Assembly (NCBI GenBank): GCA_002269645.1
Contig: NIVC01005019.1
Location: 1-28,453, forward strand
Source of the DNA: Macrostomum lignano
Lineage: Eukaryota
Direction: 5' to 3'
Length of the DNA: 28,453 nucleotides
Under the pieces are notes generated by a model. The model did no database searches. It was not told the origin of the DNA and saw only the letters and a list, made by a program, of their open reading frames with translations. Made by a program: the position numbers and the translations under genes. Position 1 is the first letter of the stretch; the number at the start of each line of letters is the position of its first letter. Shown here piece by piece: positions 10,952-22,474 of the stretch.

Positions 10952-11190
10952 ATGACCGAATTCGAGGAAGATTCTATACTGCAGAAAATTTGGCGGCAAG
11001 TAGTCGGCTGGGACGAAGTATTGGAACAGCATATTAGCAAAAAAGTGGAGCATTGGATTGCTTAGATTGGGAGCTTGACACTTCTAGAGGTTACTTAGCT
11101 ATCGATGGAAGACGTGACTGCCATGACCAGAGGCCACTGGAGGCAACCGATTGGTTTAAAGTATACATGTCTATGTCTGTTAAGAGCTCG
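10952..11190 (+). pseudogene. Degenerate BEL/Pao-like pol fragment (RT-RNase H connection region)
   Basis: Translation ILQKIWRQVVGWDEVLEQHISKKVEHWIA*IGSLTLLEV resembles the Pao LQxLWxxxxxWDE motif; it contains stops. Recognised by eye. Confidence 0.45.
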
Positions 11191-11226
11191 ATGTACCAAT
11201 ATGGGTCTTGATCCCATCTCATTTGG

Positions 11227-11797
11227 ACCTTTCTTTCCCAGCAGTTTACATGACTCATCACCTGCAAATATTTTAGTGAAAGTACATTGATCATCAGTTA
11301 CATTTTCACTCAGCGTATCCTAACTTGTACCTATAGAAACTGATACGTGTGTCCTTAATTTTTACCTTACCCGTTTCCTGCTTGATATCGAGACACTTGA
11401 ATTTTTCTTTATTCTTGTCATACGGAGGCTGGACACTCCGGGTTAAGCTAAATTAGTTTAAAACTAAAAGGGCACCAATGCCTCTGAGCCTTTTTCTCCA
11501 GTCCGTATATTTCTATTTTGTTTTGAGCTGCAAGAAAACAAAGTGTCTAAAGAAGAGTATGAGATACCATGGACCATGACCATAGCCACGATGGACTCTT
11601 GCGATGCCACAATTCTCTGCAATGCAATCAAGTTTGATGTTTGGAATCATCCTAGTCTTTTCAACTATCAAGTGCATGCGATCTAGCATTGTGAAAATAT
11701 ACTGCTAAGTCACGAATATTGGATTTTAACTTTAGATTGCACGTGTTGTGTGCCGCTTCGATCCCTATTTCCCGGATAAGTGGCAGTGATCCCTAAC
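11227..11797 (-). pseudogene. Degenerate Polinton/Maverick/adintovirus-type DNA polymerase B fragment (EndoVII-like motif and exonuclease region)
   Basis: Collinear motifs across frameshifts: VRDHCHLSGK, AAHNTCNLKLK, VYFHN, LDCIAEN, DTLSENV...KLLGKKG. These match RDHCHLTGKYRGAAHxxCNL...FHNxxGYD...LLRKG. Confidence 0.7.
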
Positions 11798-13170
11798 TGT
11801 GATATCGCCGCTTGACCGTCGCTCTTTAAATCCCTCCGACAACCCACCCTAAACCTCTGGATGATTCAATTTTTCTAGTGACCTCCTGAAGGAAAGGATC
11901 TAATGTGTCTGTGCGAGCGAATGGTTTTGCCTTTGTTGTCATGTAATGCTTGAGATGCTCCTATAATGATAGCTGCAGTTTAAAGGTTCTGTGTGTTCTG
12001 ATTGTAAGATCGATAACTAGTTGGATCATATCTCTATAATTCGTGTTGTGTATCTATGCGAGGTAGACTGTATATAATATTCTGTGAACCTTCTCTGAGC
12101 TAAATGAATGTCTTCATTGGAATGCTCAAACTATTTCCGTTGGATTAAACGTTCCAAGTCTTCCTATTCCAGTCTGTTTTGGGGATATCTTATGTCTTAC
12201 CTGTGATTGTCTGATATTTGTAAGCTAAAAAATGGCCCTTTTCTTGATATTCTCTTTGTTGATTGCTTTAGGATTTCTAAATCCTACATGGATGCGGTGT
12301 CGTTTTTTATGTCCTCCCCTCACTGCAGCTACGCAGTGCGCGGTGCGTGTGGCATTTTGCATCGGCCCAGCCCAGCAATTCTTTCTACCCTCTTGACCGT
12401 CTGCCGCCATGGCCAACTCCCTCTTGCACTGTACTATAAATATACACGATCTTGTAGCCCAAAGAGGCACTGTTGGTTTAGATCTAGAATGTAACGTCGA
12501 AAAAAGCATCTCCTCCGGTATTGTCGTTTTTTCCACCGCTGTCTGAAGGCAGAAGATAACCGGTGTTTTGAACATCATAAAACATTGCGTTATATCTGGT
12601 TTCCTGAGAGTGAGTCACCCAGTTCCGCCAACTCGACTATGGGTGATTGCAACGAGCCGTTTCCATCTCTAGACGACAACTCCTGCCACAGCAGACGGTG
12701 GTCATCGACGTGATCGGAGCCGGAGATGCGAAGCAACTGGTACGGTGTGTAGTGTGTCACGGAAAGACCTGAAACAATCGAGTACCTGCATGTGCGTATA
12801 TAGATTCATCTAAATCAGGTCGAAGGTAATAATCGAGTCCAGCGGTTCGTCTCAGTACAATTTTGCATTCAGTTCAAGTCAAGCAACGCAGAATCTCAAG
12901 TTACATGGACATTTTTAGACCATTTTTAGTATTATGGATTTTATTCTTAGGGCGCATTCTGATTCTGATCACTGATCTCAAGGAATACATTGACGTCGAC
13001 GAATTAAAACTGTTACGACTTACAGTGCTCTCAAACTCGACCGACTTGATTATTCAAGAAGAGAACCCCGCACGCCGTTGGAACCCGCCACAGTAAGTGA
13101 TCACTGAATTCTGTACCCAGACTTGCGGTCTGGAAGTGGGAGTTCGTGCGCTTAGACACTAGACCTAATT

Positions 13171-13171
13171 C

Positions 13172-13202
<31 letters not shown>

Positions 13203-13226
13203 TGTTGTTGATTTGAGTCAACAAAA

Positions 13227-13257
<31 letters not shown>
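13171..13257. repeat. Adjacent microsatellites (CT)n 13171-13202 and (AAC)10 13228-13257
   Basis: Read directly. Confidence 0.95.
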
Positions 13258-13258
<1 letters not shown>

Positions 13259-13284
13259 CTGTGCCGAACTCTGTGCCGAGCTCC

Positions 13285-13913
13285 AAACTCTGTGCCGAAA
13301 AGAAAGCCGAATTCTGGAAGGAGTACAACAACAAAATGTCCGACTCTGTTGACCCAAAACAAGTCTGGAGGACCGTCAAGCCTCAGCAACGGCAAACAAC
13401 AAGCTCCTCCCAACGAATCTCTCATTGTTGATGGTCGAGAACTGCGCACCGACAAGAAAAAGGCCAACGCTTTTGGCTGCTATTACGAAAACATCAGCAC
13501 TCTGAAACACTCGGTGGCGGACCGCAAGGTCAAAGTGGCCACGTCCCGTCGCCTGGCCCACTACTCCACCGACGACGACCTTTATTGCCGTGACTTTACC
13601 CTGGTGAGCTGAAACGGGCCATTGGCAAACTTGACCCCAGAAAAAATGCGGTCCCGACGATCATCGAAGCTGCCTTCTTCATCCACCTGCCGGACTCTTG
13701 GACGACGGCCTGGTTGGCCGTCTTCAACCGTTGCTGGCGTACCGGACACTGCCCTGGAGTCAAGAAAAAGGCCGTTATCGTCCCCTGCTAAAAGACGGAA
13801 AGGACCCCAAAGACCGCGGCAGCTACAGGCCTGTCAGCCTCACCTCCATCTGCGGGAAGATCCTCGAACGGCTTATCCTCGATCGCCTCTATCGCTGGCT
13901 CGAGCTCCACAAT
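13285..13913 (+). mobile_element. Non-LTR retrotransposon (LINE) ORF2 fragment, pre-RT linker to the start of RT, frameshifted
   Basis: VFNRCWRTG, LLKDGKDPKDRGSYRPVSLTSICGKILERLILDRL. Truncated at both ends, with no tail. Confidence 0.88.
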
Positions 13914-15945
13914 ATGAAATAATGTTTTTGCAATGATGCAATTGTACCTTATCAATATGATATTTAAATAATGATTCGTGAGTCCATAACTGTCAATGCT
14001 ATGCCCTTTTGACATTTTGTTATGATCTTTGTTTACTTCAAAAAGCGACTATTTCATGTTCATCCAAACCGTGACTGAAGCTTGAAGCTGTACGTACATG
14101 TACGTTTGGAATGCAGTAATCTGCAGTGGGGAAAATTAAAGCTTTTCAAGGATCGCCAATCAGATGTTAGAAGTTCTTGCACATCAGTTTAAGCACAAAT
14201 ATTGATAGTTTGATGCATACATTTTTCAGGTAAGATTTGGATTTTCAATATATTGAAAGGATTACTACTACGTTTGTTTTAATGAAATAAGGTCGATTTA
14301 AACTAATCATACTGGTCTATAAGCAGTTCTCCTGGTAGGACTCTACGGAAACTTAATAGTAATATATTTTTAAGTTTTATTTTCTCAAAACAATCTTACT
14401 CTTATTTCAAATCTGGAACTGAAAGCGTGCATATGAACGCCCATCTTAATTTAACTTCATCTAAATGTGTGTGAAGTGTGAATTAAATCTGAAATGCAAA
14501 AGGTTGGATCGATAAATTCAGACGGAACGGTAGCTGGTAACCCAATTACCTCCATGGTCATGCTTACGAGTTTTAAATGAAAATTAGTTACAAGTCATAA
14601 TCTTCTTGTTTTCATATCACTATTAGATTTTTTTACCACTATTGAAACGTACAAATAATTTTTAAAGCTAGATAATAGAATTTTCTTGGATCCATTGCTT
14701 ATTCAGTTATTCACTCCAGTTTCTTTTCCAAGGAGCAATGAACATGTAGTGATAAATTTTTCATTGCTGGAAGAGAGGTTAGACATACTCGTACATTTAG
14801 TTTCATAAAACTTCCTCATCATTCAAGTTTCTAGTTATGAGTGGTACTTTTCAGCATCCATCCATTAATTGACAATTGGCATTAGTAATAGTACTGATAC
14901 TGAGACTCAGAGTCTAAAGAGTAATAATAAGTTCATAATGACACATTGTCACTGATGTCAGTTGTTGAATTGAGTGCTTTATGAGGCATATATAGTTTAA
15001 ATTATATAAAATACAATCTATTGGTTTTTTAATAAAATATTGAATAGAAAATAATATGCAATAAACTAGCCTTTAAGTAAGACCTAATGATAGTAAATTA
15101 GTCTTTCTTAGAGCAGAATATTTTTTGGTTCATGAGACTAACATCCATCAATATTAATTAACTTAGCCTAGGACATTTTTTAAATCAGTCTGTATGGAAA
15201 AGAGATTTTCACATAGAATATCTTTTTAGTGTCATATTTTACTTGTACATGGTGATAGGGGTATAAATATTTGATAGATAGGAAGACATCCCAATTTTAA
15301 AGGTTTTTTGACATTGTTTTTAACAAAAATCATGACTGCAATCATGTTTGCAATTTTTATCACTTAGAGCTCTTATTGACCCAACTAGAAATAATCAGAG
15401 CAATTATATAGAAAGGTACCCTATGTTTATATGTTAAAAGCCATTATATAATATAGCTTTTGAGGGGGCACTGGGCACAGGGCAAGGGGGGGCACAGTTA
15501 CCTATATAACTGCTAATTAGAACCTTAAATCAGAAAAAAATTACCACGTGGACTCATTTTCTAGGGGGCACATGCCCCTGGTGCCGCAAGCTCCCGCCGC
15601 CCATGGTTGCAAGTCATAAAGCTCTTTTTTGATTTCTACTGGTTTAGCTACACTCGTAAAACCAATGATAAGTTTGCAATTTATCTTATTAGTTAGTTTC
15701 AAATGACAATGTGAAAATTTTAGCAAACTTTTATATTATTTTGTTCTTATTGCATTACTGGAACTGGAATAGGTTCCCCAGCACCCCTTAACACAGTACA
15801 GTAGAGTCAAATCACAGAGTGAAGCTTACGAGTATGGCAGTGATGACGTGGAGATCAGACACAATAATTAGTGATCTTTTTTTGATGAGTTTTCAATGCA
15901 TAAAATTTTAGTATCCAAGAGAACTAAAAAATACAGGATAACAGC

Positions 15946-16390
15946 CTGGACTTGTGCGATAACGACCTGCTGCCGGCTCTTTTCGCCCAGCTGCCCCGCC
16001 TGCGCTGCCTCCGCCTCACTAACTGCAGCCGCCTGACCCGCCAGGCCTGAGCGAATCTGCGAGACCTGCAGAGACTCGCCGCCTCGCCGCTGCCCGACCT
16101 GCTCGAGCTCGTGATTTACAATTGCAGCGATTCCAGCATCCAGCCTCACTGATGAGGCGGTGGCAGACCTGTGTGCCAGTCCGGTCGCCAGGGGCCTGCG
16201 GTGGCTCAGTCTGCACCCGTGCAACCAGCTGACCGCCGCCTCTCTCTCCAGCATCGCCAGCGGCTGTCCGTGGCTGTCCGGGCTGTGCCTCTGGAAGTGC
16301 CGGCGCATCGGTCCGGCGGACCGCGATGCCATTAACTCGGCCTATGCGAACTGTGTCAGGGTAGTTCTGTCGCTCTCCTGCCCTGATTGA
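15946..16390 (+). pseudogene. FBXL cluster copy 1: orphan last-exon LRR fragment
   Basis: Homologous to 21218-21684 and 26202-26545. TGA at 16048-16050 where paralogues have TGG, and a 7-nt duplication (TCCAGCA) at 16132-16145 shifts the frame. No F-box exon was found upstream. Confidence 0.85.
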
Positions 16391-17123
16391 GCGCTTCGGC
16401 ACCGCCAAAGTATGAATATAGACATTCATTCTCTTCAATGAATGCTTACTGCCATTTTTAACGGAAATTTTGTGTTTATTGACTTCGATCCCGCCACAGG
16501 GAACCACTAATGACGCTTTGCAAGTTGACCTCGGTTTGTAAGCGGCGCACACTAACACAACAGTGCCAGTTTTGTAGAAGCTGTAGGCCTTAGATTCAAC
16601 TTTTTATATTTTATTTTTTATTATTAGCTGTACTCTGTCTGTTTATTGTGACATTTCACACGTTTTGTGATAAACCTTTACTTTTATTCAGTGTTCTACT
16701 AGCACGTTACTCGTGCAGAAGTTATTGTTTGTTTTACTCTTGATCTATTTTTGGCCTTAAAGTCTCTAAATTAGTACCAACCAATGAAAATGCGACTCCA
16801 GTCTCAGCCAATAGGAAGCAGTGGTGTACAAAATAACCATCTCCCAGTTCGATAGAATGAAAAATTTGTATATCTGGATAATAAACAAACACTTGCTAAG
16901 CCAAGCAGGAAGCTTCGCTCACTTTCCTCGCCCTCTTGCCGTCGCTCGCTCTTGCACATTTACCGGGTCGGACTGTTGGTAGCAGAACCTCAGAGTGAAC
17001 CCAAAATACTCACAAGCTTGGAAGCTTCTTACCTGGAGTGCCTTCTTATATTACACTTTTTTGTCATTCAACGCGACTAAGATTGAAATTAGCAAACACA
17101 GCGGACTGTGAGTAACTAGCCAT

Positions 17124-17856
17124 ATGATTGGATCGTCATTTGAATCCAATATTTCACTCCACTTGTATGCATTTCAATTGCAGCACCTTCAGCTCAACGA
17201 AGGAGACTGCTTCATCGAGTGGCTGCCGGATGAGCTGCTCACGCAGATCCTGTCCGAGCTGGACCAGACCAGCCTCGGCCGGTGCGCTCAGCTGAGCAGG
17301 CGCTGGCAGCGACTCGCCACGCAGCCGCGGCTGTGGCGCAAAATCCGCATCGGCTGCCGGAACCCCGGCATGACCCCCGGTCTGGCGCTCTGCCTGTCCG
17401 CCCAGCTGGCCGGCGCAGTGCTGGAGCTGCACGCGGACCGGCTGGCTGCTGACGAGCTCGTGCACCTGCTCAGCGGCTCGCCCGACTTGCAGAGCCTCAC
17501 CATTGATGGCATCAGCGGCCCTCCCGGATCCGAGAGCCCGCTGGTGACGCTCAGTCGCTGCTGCCGCCGCCTACGGAGCCTCCGCCTGCTCCGCTGCGGC
17601 GGCCTGCTGTCAGCGCACTCGCTGGCGCAGCTGGGGGCCGGCTGTCCGCATCTGGCGCACCTGGCGCTGGATTTCTCTTCCTGCGCCAGCCTCGGAGGCT
17701 CCAGGGAAGAGTTCTCAACGCTGGCCTGCGGCCTGGAGTCCCTAAGCCTGGCCTTCTTCAGTGCTCACGCTGAGCAGACAGTTGAGCACCTGGCCTTGAC
17801 AATACCCGTCTGCAAGCGCTTGAGCCGCTTGAGCATCGGCTGCAGCCGAGAGTCAG
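17124..17856 (+). CDS. FBXL cluster copy 2, F-box + LRR exon (true start uncertain)
   Basis: F-box IEWLPDELLTQILSELDQTSLGRCAQLSRRWQRLA..LWRKI, then LxxLxL..C repeats. Phase-1 donor TCA G|gtaagt at 17857. Confidence 0.85.
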
Positions 17857-18177
17857 GTAAGTCTCTCACTGAGGTGTGAGCATCCGTCCAAATGGAAACC
17901 CCAGCTCCGCCAGGCGGCTTATTACGGCTGTCGGTTGGCATGCAAACAGAAGACACCGCGATTTTGTTAGACAATTTCTCTTCCCAGTGGCTCAGAGAGC
18001 TGTGCAACCAGATGGGATAGGGGCCACCTAGCTGGAAGCCGCACAAGTCCCTCCTGATGCTGCGAGAGCTCACAGTTGTGAAGAGAAAGAGGGACTCGCC
18101 CTCTTTGCAGACAGAACTTTGGTCGCCAAACAGTCCACGGTCCACTGGCCACAACACTAAATTTAACTGAATTTTAC

Positions 18178-18488
18178 TGCACGGTCACACGAGAGCGAGA
18201 GAGACCAAGAGCGGAAAGGCCCGCGCTTTAAATAGCAGAGGGGAAGAGGGGGGAAACGGGCAAGCCAGCGGACAGCCGCGACACCCCACCTCGCTGGCCA
18301 GCCAATCACGTGCCGCCGCGGCACAGGGCAGATAAGAAACTGAGGGCTGGGCTGGGCGCAAGACCAACTAGGGAGAGGAGTGGCCAGGCCAGAGTGAGGC
18401 TCAAGCCCCCCAAACCCCGGTCTGACCCTCGGGCCAACCAGAGCGAGGTAGAAAGGAAGGGAGCAAGTGGACACAGCATACCACAACA
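18178..18488. mobile_element. Possible solo LTR in the copy-2 intron
   Basis: TG...CA ends, flanks TTTAC/TTTAG (4/5 TSD match), and a minus-strand TATTTAAA followed by a TC-rich run. Boundaries are ambiguous. Confidence 0.3.
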
Positions 18489-18654
18489 TTTAGTTATTCG
18501 AATAAACGCCCAAATATAGCCAAGGTAGCGCAAAACACAGAAATGGCTTCTCTTGTTAACTTATTTTGATGAACGGAATTTACAGCAGCCCTTGAATTTT
18601 GTGCAGAGCAGCCTGATTTTCCATATCCGGCCCTGTTCACTCCGCAGTGCTGCT

Positions 18655-20663
18655 TTCTTTTCTTCACTCCGACCTCCGACCGCCCGCAGGCGGCCGGGCG
18701 GGGCCGGGTGGCCGCCAGGGTCGTCAATGGGCGGCTCGGTCCGACCCACCCTCTTGAGGTAGTCACAGATGAGGGCGCCGCCACCCTCGAGAACGTCGTT
18801 CCAGGAAATGACCACCCCGCCCCAGGTGCGGATGCGGGCCTGGTGGTGGCAGGGGCAGTAGAGCATAGGATGATCGACCGAGTCCGGTTCTCCGCAGTCG
18901 GCGCATCGGTCGTTCTAAGCGAGGCCGAACCGAAACAGGGTGTCGCGAGTCAGGGGGGATTTCTTAGTGCGGATTTGGCTGACCGTCACCTGGCCCCACC
19001 TGGGAAGGTCATCGTGGCCTGGCGTCGGAGTCAGGTGCGGATGCGTGCGGTCCCGCGCAGTTCTCCAATTGGACAGTACGTGGCGGACGGCATTTTTGGC
19101 GGAGGCCTGGGAAAGTTGCGCGGTGTTCGGTTCCAATTCTGCAGCTTCGCGGGCGAGGGCGTCCGCCGCCTCGTTACCAGCAATGTCCGCGTGGCCAGGA
19201 ACCCATTGGAAGTGGAGCCTGGTCTGAGCTGGGAGGTCGGTGATGAGTCGCCAGATCGTGAGGACGAGCGAATTAGTAGAACGGTACGGGCCTTGGTTGA
19301 TGGCCTGAAGGCCTGATCGTGAGTCGGTACAGATGTGAACCGAGAGCCGCGGGTTGCCGATGGTGTCGAGGGTTTGACGTAGGGCTCTTATCGCTGCCTC
19401 GATGGCGACCAATTCAGCGTGGGTGCTACTGCACCACTTTCCGGCTTGCTGGCGGATGGACATGCGGAGTGCCTCGATGGATTCGGCAGTGAGGAGAGCA
19501 CCTCCGCCGGCAGCAGTGCCGTCCGGGCTAACGGAGCCGTCCGTCCAGATGGTGCAGTCGGCGCTCGGTAACAGGGCCAAGGTGGCTTCTGCCGCAGCAC
19601 GGCGGGCCTCCAGTGGGTCGGATCTTTTGGTCGGCCGGGCGAGATCGGTAGCGATGGTGATCGCCTGGTCGGCTAAGTGCCACGGCGGGAGAGCCGGGTA
19701 GTGCTGGCGGTCTATGTCTCCGATGTGGATACCGGCAAGGCTCAGGAGCCACAGGCCTACTCGTCTGAAGCATGGCCGGTGACTCAAGACGATGTCTTCA
19801 TCGTGGAGGTCCGTGTCGACGGGCCGGTCCGCTGGGCCTTCACGCTCTTAAGCTTCGTGGGCTCTGTAGCGGAGGCGAGGGGCGACTTGAGCTACCATAA
19901 GGGTACGGGCCGGGTCGTCGTCCGGTAGGCCGAGCAGGCGAATGAATTCGTTTGCGGCTAAGGTTTTGGCTCGGATGCTGAGGGCTGGTAGTCCGGCCTC
20001 GGCGAGTAGGCAGCGTCGTCTCGTGATGCCCAGACAGCCGGTAATAATTCTGGCGCATTTGTTTTGCTCGGCCTCGAGTTTGAGGCGCGCCGTTGGTGCC
20101 GCATGATTGAAGTATAGTGCCGCTCCGTAGTCAAAAACCGACCGTACGTAGGCCATGTAGGCCGCACGTAGGGTGCGACGGTGGGCGCCATAGCTCTTGC
20201 CAGCGAGCACTTGGATGCATCGACGTCGGTCGGCCATTTTCTGTCGGACCATCTCAGTGTGTGGCGAAAAGGTGAGTTGATCATCCAGCTTGAGTCCTAG
20301 GAATGTCGGCGTGGGTCATAGGCGAGGTCGTGGTTTTCAAGTCGCAGAGCGGGTCGGACTTTGCCGCCGCACTCGTAGGATCGAGGGTAAAGGTTGAGTA
20401 GGCACACTTGGAGTGGCTGAGGCTCACTTTCCATTTACGGGTCCAGGCAGCCGCTTGGTCAAGGGCGGGTTGCAGTTTGTCGGCGCAGGCAGCGAGGGAG
20501 CGTCCTGTGGCAAGTAGCGCGGTATCGTCTGCGAAAAGTGAGCGGTGTACGTTCTCGGCCATCTCGGCATCAATGTCGTAGGCATATATAAGCCAAAGGA
20601 GGGGGGCGATCACGGATCCTTGCGGGAGGCCGTCCGTGAAAACTCTCCAGTTCGAGGTCGCAC
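18655..20663 (-). mobile_element. 5'-truncated I-group (Ingi/I/Loa-like) LINE with RT, RNase H and C-terminal CCHC, 2009 bp
   Basis: GLPQGSVIAP, LFADD, IWTDGS, HAELVAI, CTDSRS, FQWVPGHADIAGNEAAD, CADCGEPDSVDH..YC. 7-bp TSD TGCTGCT (18648-18654, 20664-20670), GAAGAAAAGAA tail, in-frame stops at 19848 and 18915 plus frameshifts. Confidence 0.93.
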
Positions 20664-20680
20664 TGCTGCTGCAGTTCCAG

Positions 20681-21124
20681 TGCTGCTGCAGCTGCTGCTC
20701 CGCATGCCCCGCCTGGCCGACCTGACGGTCCGCGAGCTGCGCTTCACCGACAAGCTGGCCGGTCAGCTGGTCGCTGCAGCTGAACGAAGCGGTGGCTTCG
20801 AAAGTCTCGACTTTCGCAGCTGCCAGCAGTTGACCGAGCGCGGCCTGGCCGCCCTGCTCAGCGCCTGTCCGAGCCTGCGGCGTCTCCGCCTGTCCGACTG
20901 CCGGGCCTTAGGCGGCGTTGGCTACCGCCTGGCTGCTGCCCGCCTGCCGCCCGGCCTCGAGCAGCTGCGGCTCACAGGTTGGGCCTGGCCTGGCCTGGTC
21001 GAGGCGGACCTGGCGCTGCCGCTGCCGAGAGGACTCCGCGAGCTGGAGCTGCTGCTCAACCAGCAGGGCTCGCCCGCCGGCCTCTGCGGGCTGGGGCTGC
21101 GAGCTGGCCTGGCCGGCTGCCAGG
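20681..21124 (+). CDS. FBXL cluster copy 2, middle LRR exon
   Basis: Phase-1 acceptor ttccag|TG and phase-1 donor CAG G|gtaaga. It aligns with copy-4 exon 25308-25733 (VLLQLLLRMPRLADL vs GLAHLPSKMPNLTDL). Confidence 0.75.
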
Positions 21125-21217
21125 GTAAGAGGCTAATCTGATTAAGCAGCACCTGAGGCGCAGGTGGATTTCAGAGACAAGGAAACAAGTCTGATTCACC
21201 CACCCACCAACCGCCAG

Positions 21218-21684
21218 AGCTGACCAAGCTGACGCTGGACTTGTGCCACAGCGACCTGCTGCCGGCTCTGCTGACCCAGCTGCCCCGCCTGCGCTGTCTT
21301 CGCCTCACTGACTGCCGCCGTCTGACCCGCCAGGCCTGGGGTCTCACCGCCTCCTCGCCTGACCTGCACGAACTAATGCTGCTGCAGTGGTCCAGCCTCA
21401 CTGATGAGGCGGTGGCCGACCTATGCGCCAGTCCGGTCGCCAGGGGCCTGCGACGTCTGTGCCTGTCGCCCTGCTTTCAGCTGACTCGCGCCTCTCTCGC
21501 CAGCATCGCCAGCAGCTGCCCATGGCTGACCCGCCTGACCCTCAACGGCTGCCGTCGAATTTCCCAAGCGGATCTGCAGTTGGCGCAGCCGGCATTCGAG
21601 CAGCGGGTTGAGCTCATCATCGGCAGAGAGGCGGAAGCGGCTGCCCAGAAGCTGCAGTTTTTATCCGATACGGAACTCGATTGA
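21218..21684 (+). CDS. FBXL cluster copy 2, last LRR exon
   Basis: Acceptor ccgccag|AG; cysteine-containing LRRs (LTDEAVADL, CFQLTRASL, CPWLTRLTLNGCRRI); TGA at 21682-21684. The spliced model is ~547 aa and open. Confidence 0.85.
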
Positions 21685-22474
21685 GGATTGGGAGAGAAGG
21701 CCTGCCCGCCAACCCGAGTTTGAGCACGCATTTTTATAAAAATACACTTCGCAAATACTTAGCAATGGTGTTTGATCGCTCTGCGCAACACATTTTTGCA
21801 AGCTCTTTCTAATTCGCGTTTCTTATTTACAAACCTCACTACTGACAGTAGAACTGAGGCGAGAAAATATCTATCCAAGATTCAACACTATCGCTTTGCT
21901 CTCTGGAGCTTCAGGTCCTCAGAACTCTTGTAGGCGAGCTGAAAATTACAGAGCAGAGAGGGCAAAGTGCAAGGTTGGCAAATGCATTTGATCCATGATA
22001 ACTCGCATGATAACTCTGAACACTGTCCGCAGCCTTGAGACCGTTCGAAGGTCCTGTTTGACATCCGCCCAAACGATGGCGCCAATGGAAGCGACCGGTT
22101 GCGACGGTCCGAGACGGAAGTCTCGTCGACTTGGATCCAGAACCCGCTGTGAGTGAGCCAGAAATTCAGCTGTCTGATCTGATTGATGTGCTGACAAGTG
22201 CAGGAAACGGCGATGCTGGTTCGAGATTTTAGTTGACGGGGGTACTGAGCGATTTCTAGACCTTAAAAAAGCTTGTCAATTTTTTGAGAAAAATCGTGCC
22301 GCACACGAATCGTGGATTGGGCCCGTCGCGAACCTATGACCGAATTTTTATTCGATTATAAGCATCGACCCCGATTAGGTAGATCTGCGGACTGCCCCTA
22401 CAACTGACTGCACCTTCCTTCAGCCTATCCTGAACAGTTCCTCGGCAGTCCCGAAAATCCCCTCGTCGAGGCCG

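Noticed and set aside
12207-13096. Short ORFs 12207-12578 and 12863-13096
   Set aside because: No recognisable motifs; possibly further decayed element sequence but unsupported.
15461-15610. GGGGGCA/TGCCCC-rich motifs resembling a MITE terminus
   Set aside because: Only one possible end, with no TIR partner or TSD identified.
16470-16510. tRNA-like 3' half (TTCGATCCC...ACCA)
   Set aside because: No A box, D arm or acceptor stem partner found.
15868-16558. Minus-strand ORFs opposite FBXL exons (also 17154-17512, 24119-24655, 26964-27581)
   Set aside because: Shadow ORFs caused by CTG-rich, GC-rich sense codons.
17988-18152. Possible extra exon in the copy-2 intron (SLLMLRELTV looks LRR-like)
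   Set aside because: No compatible donor was found, and the paralogue exon structure is satisfied without it.
18708-19316. 202-aa plus-strand ORF and other ORFs at 18.9-20.3 kb
   Set aside because: Antisense or alternate frames of the GC-rich LINE.
20545-21141. 198-aa ORF as one coding unit
   Set aside because: Its first ~40 codons are antisense LINE sequence; the real exon probably starts at 20681.
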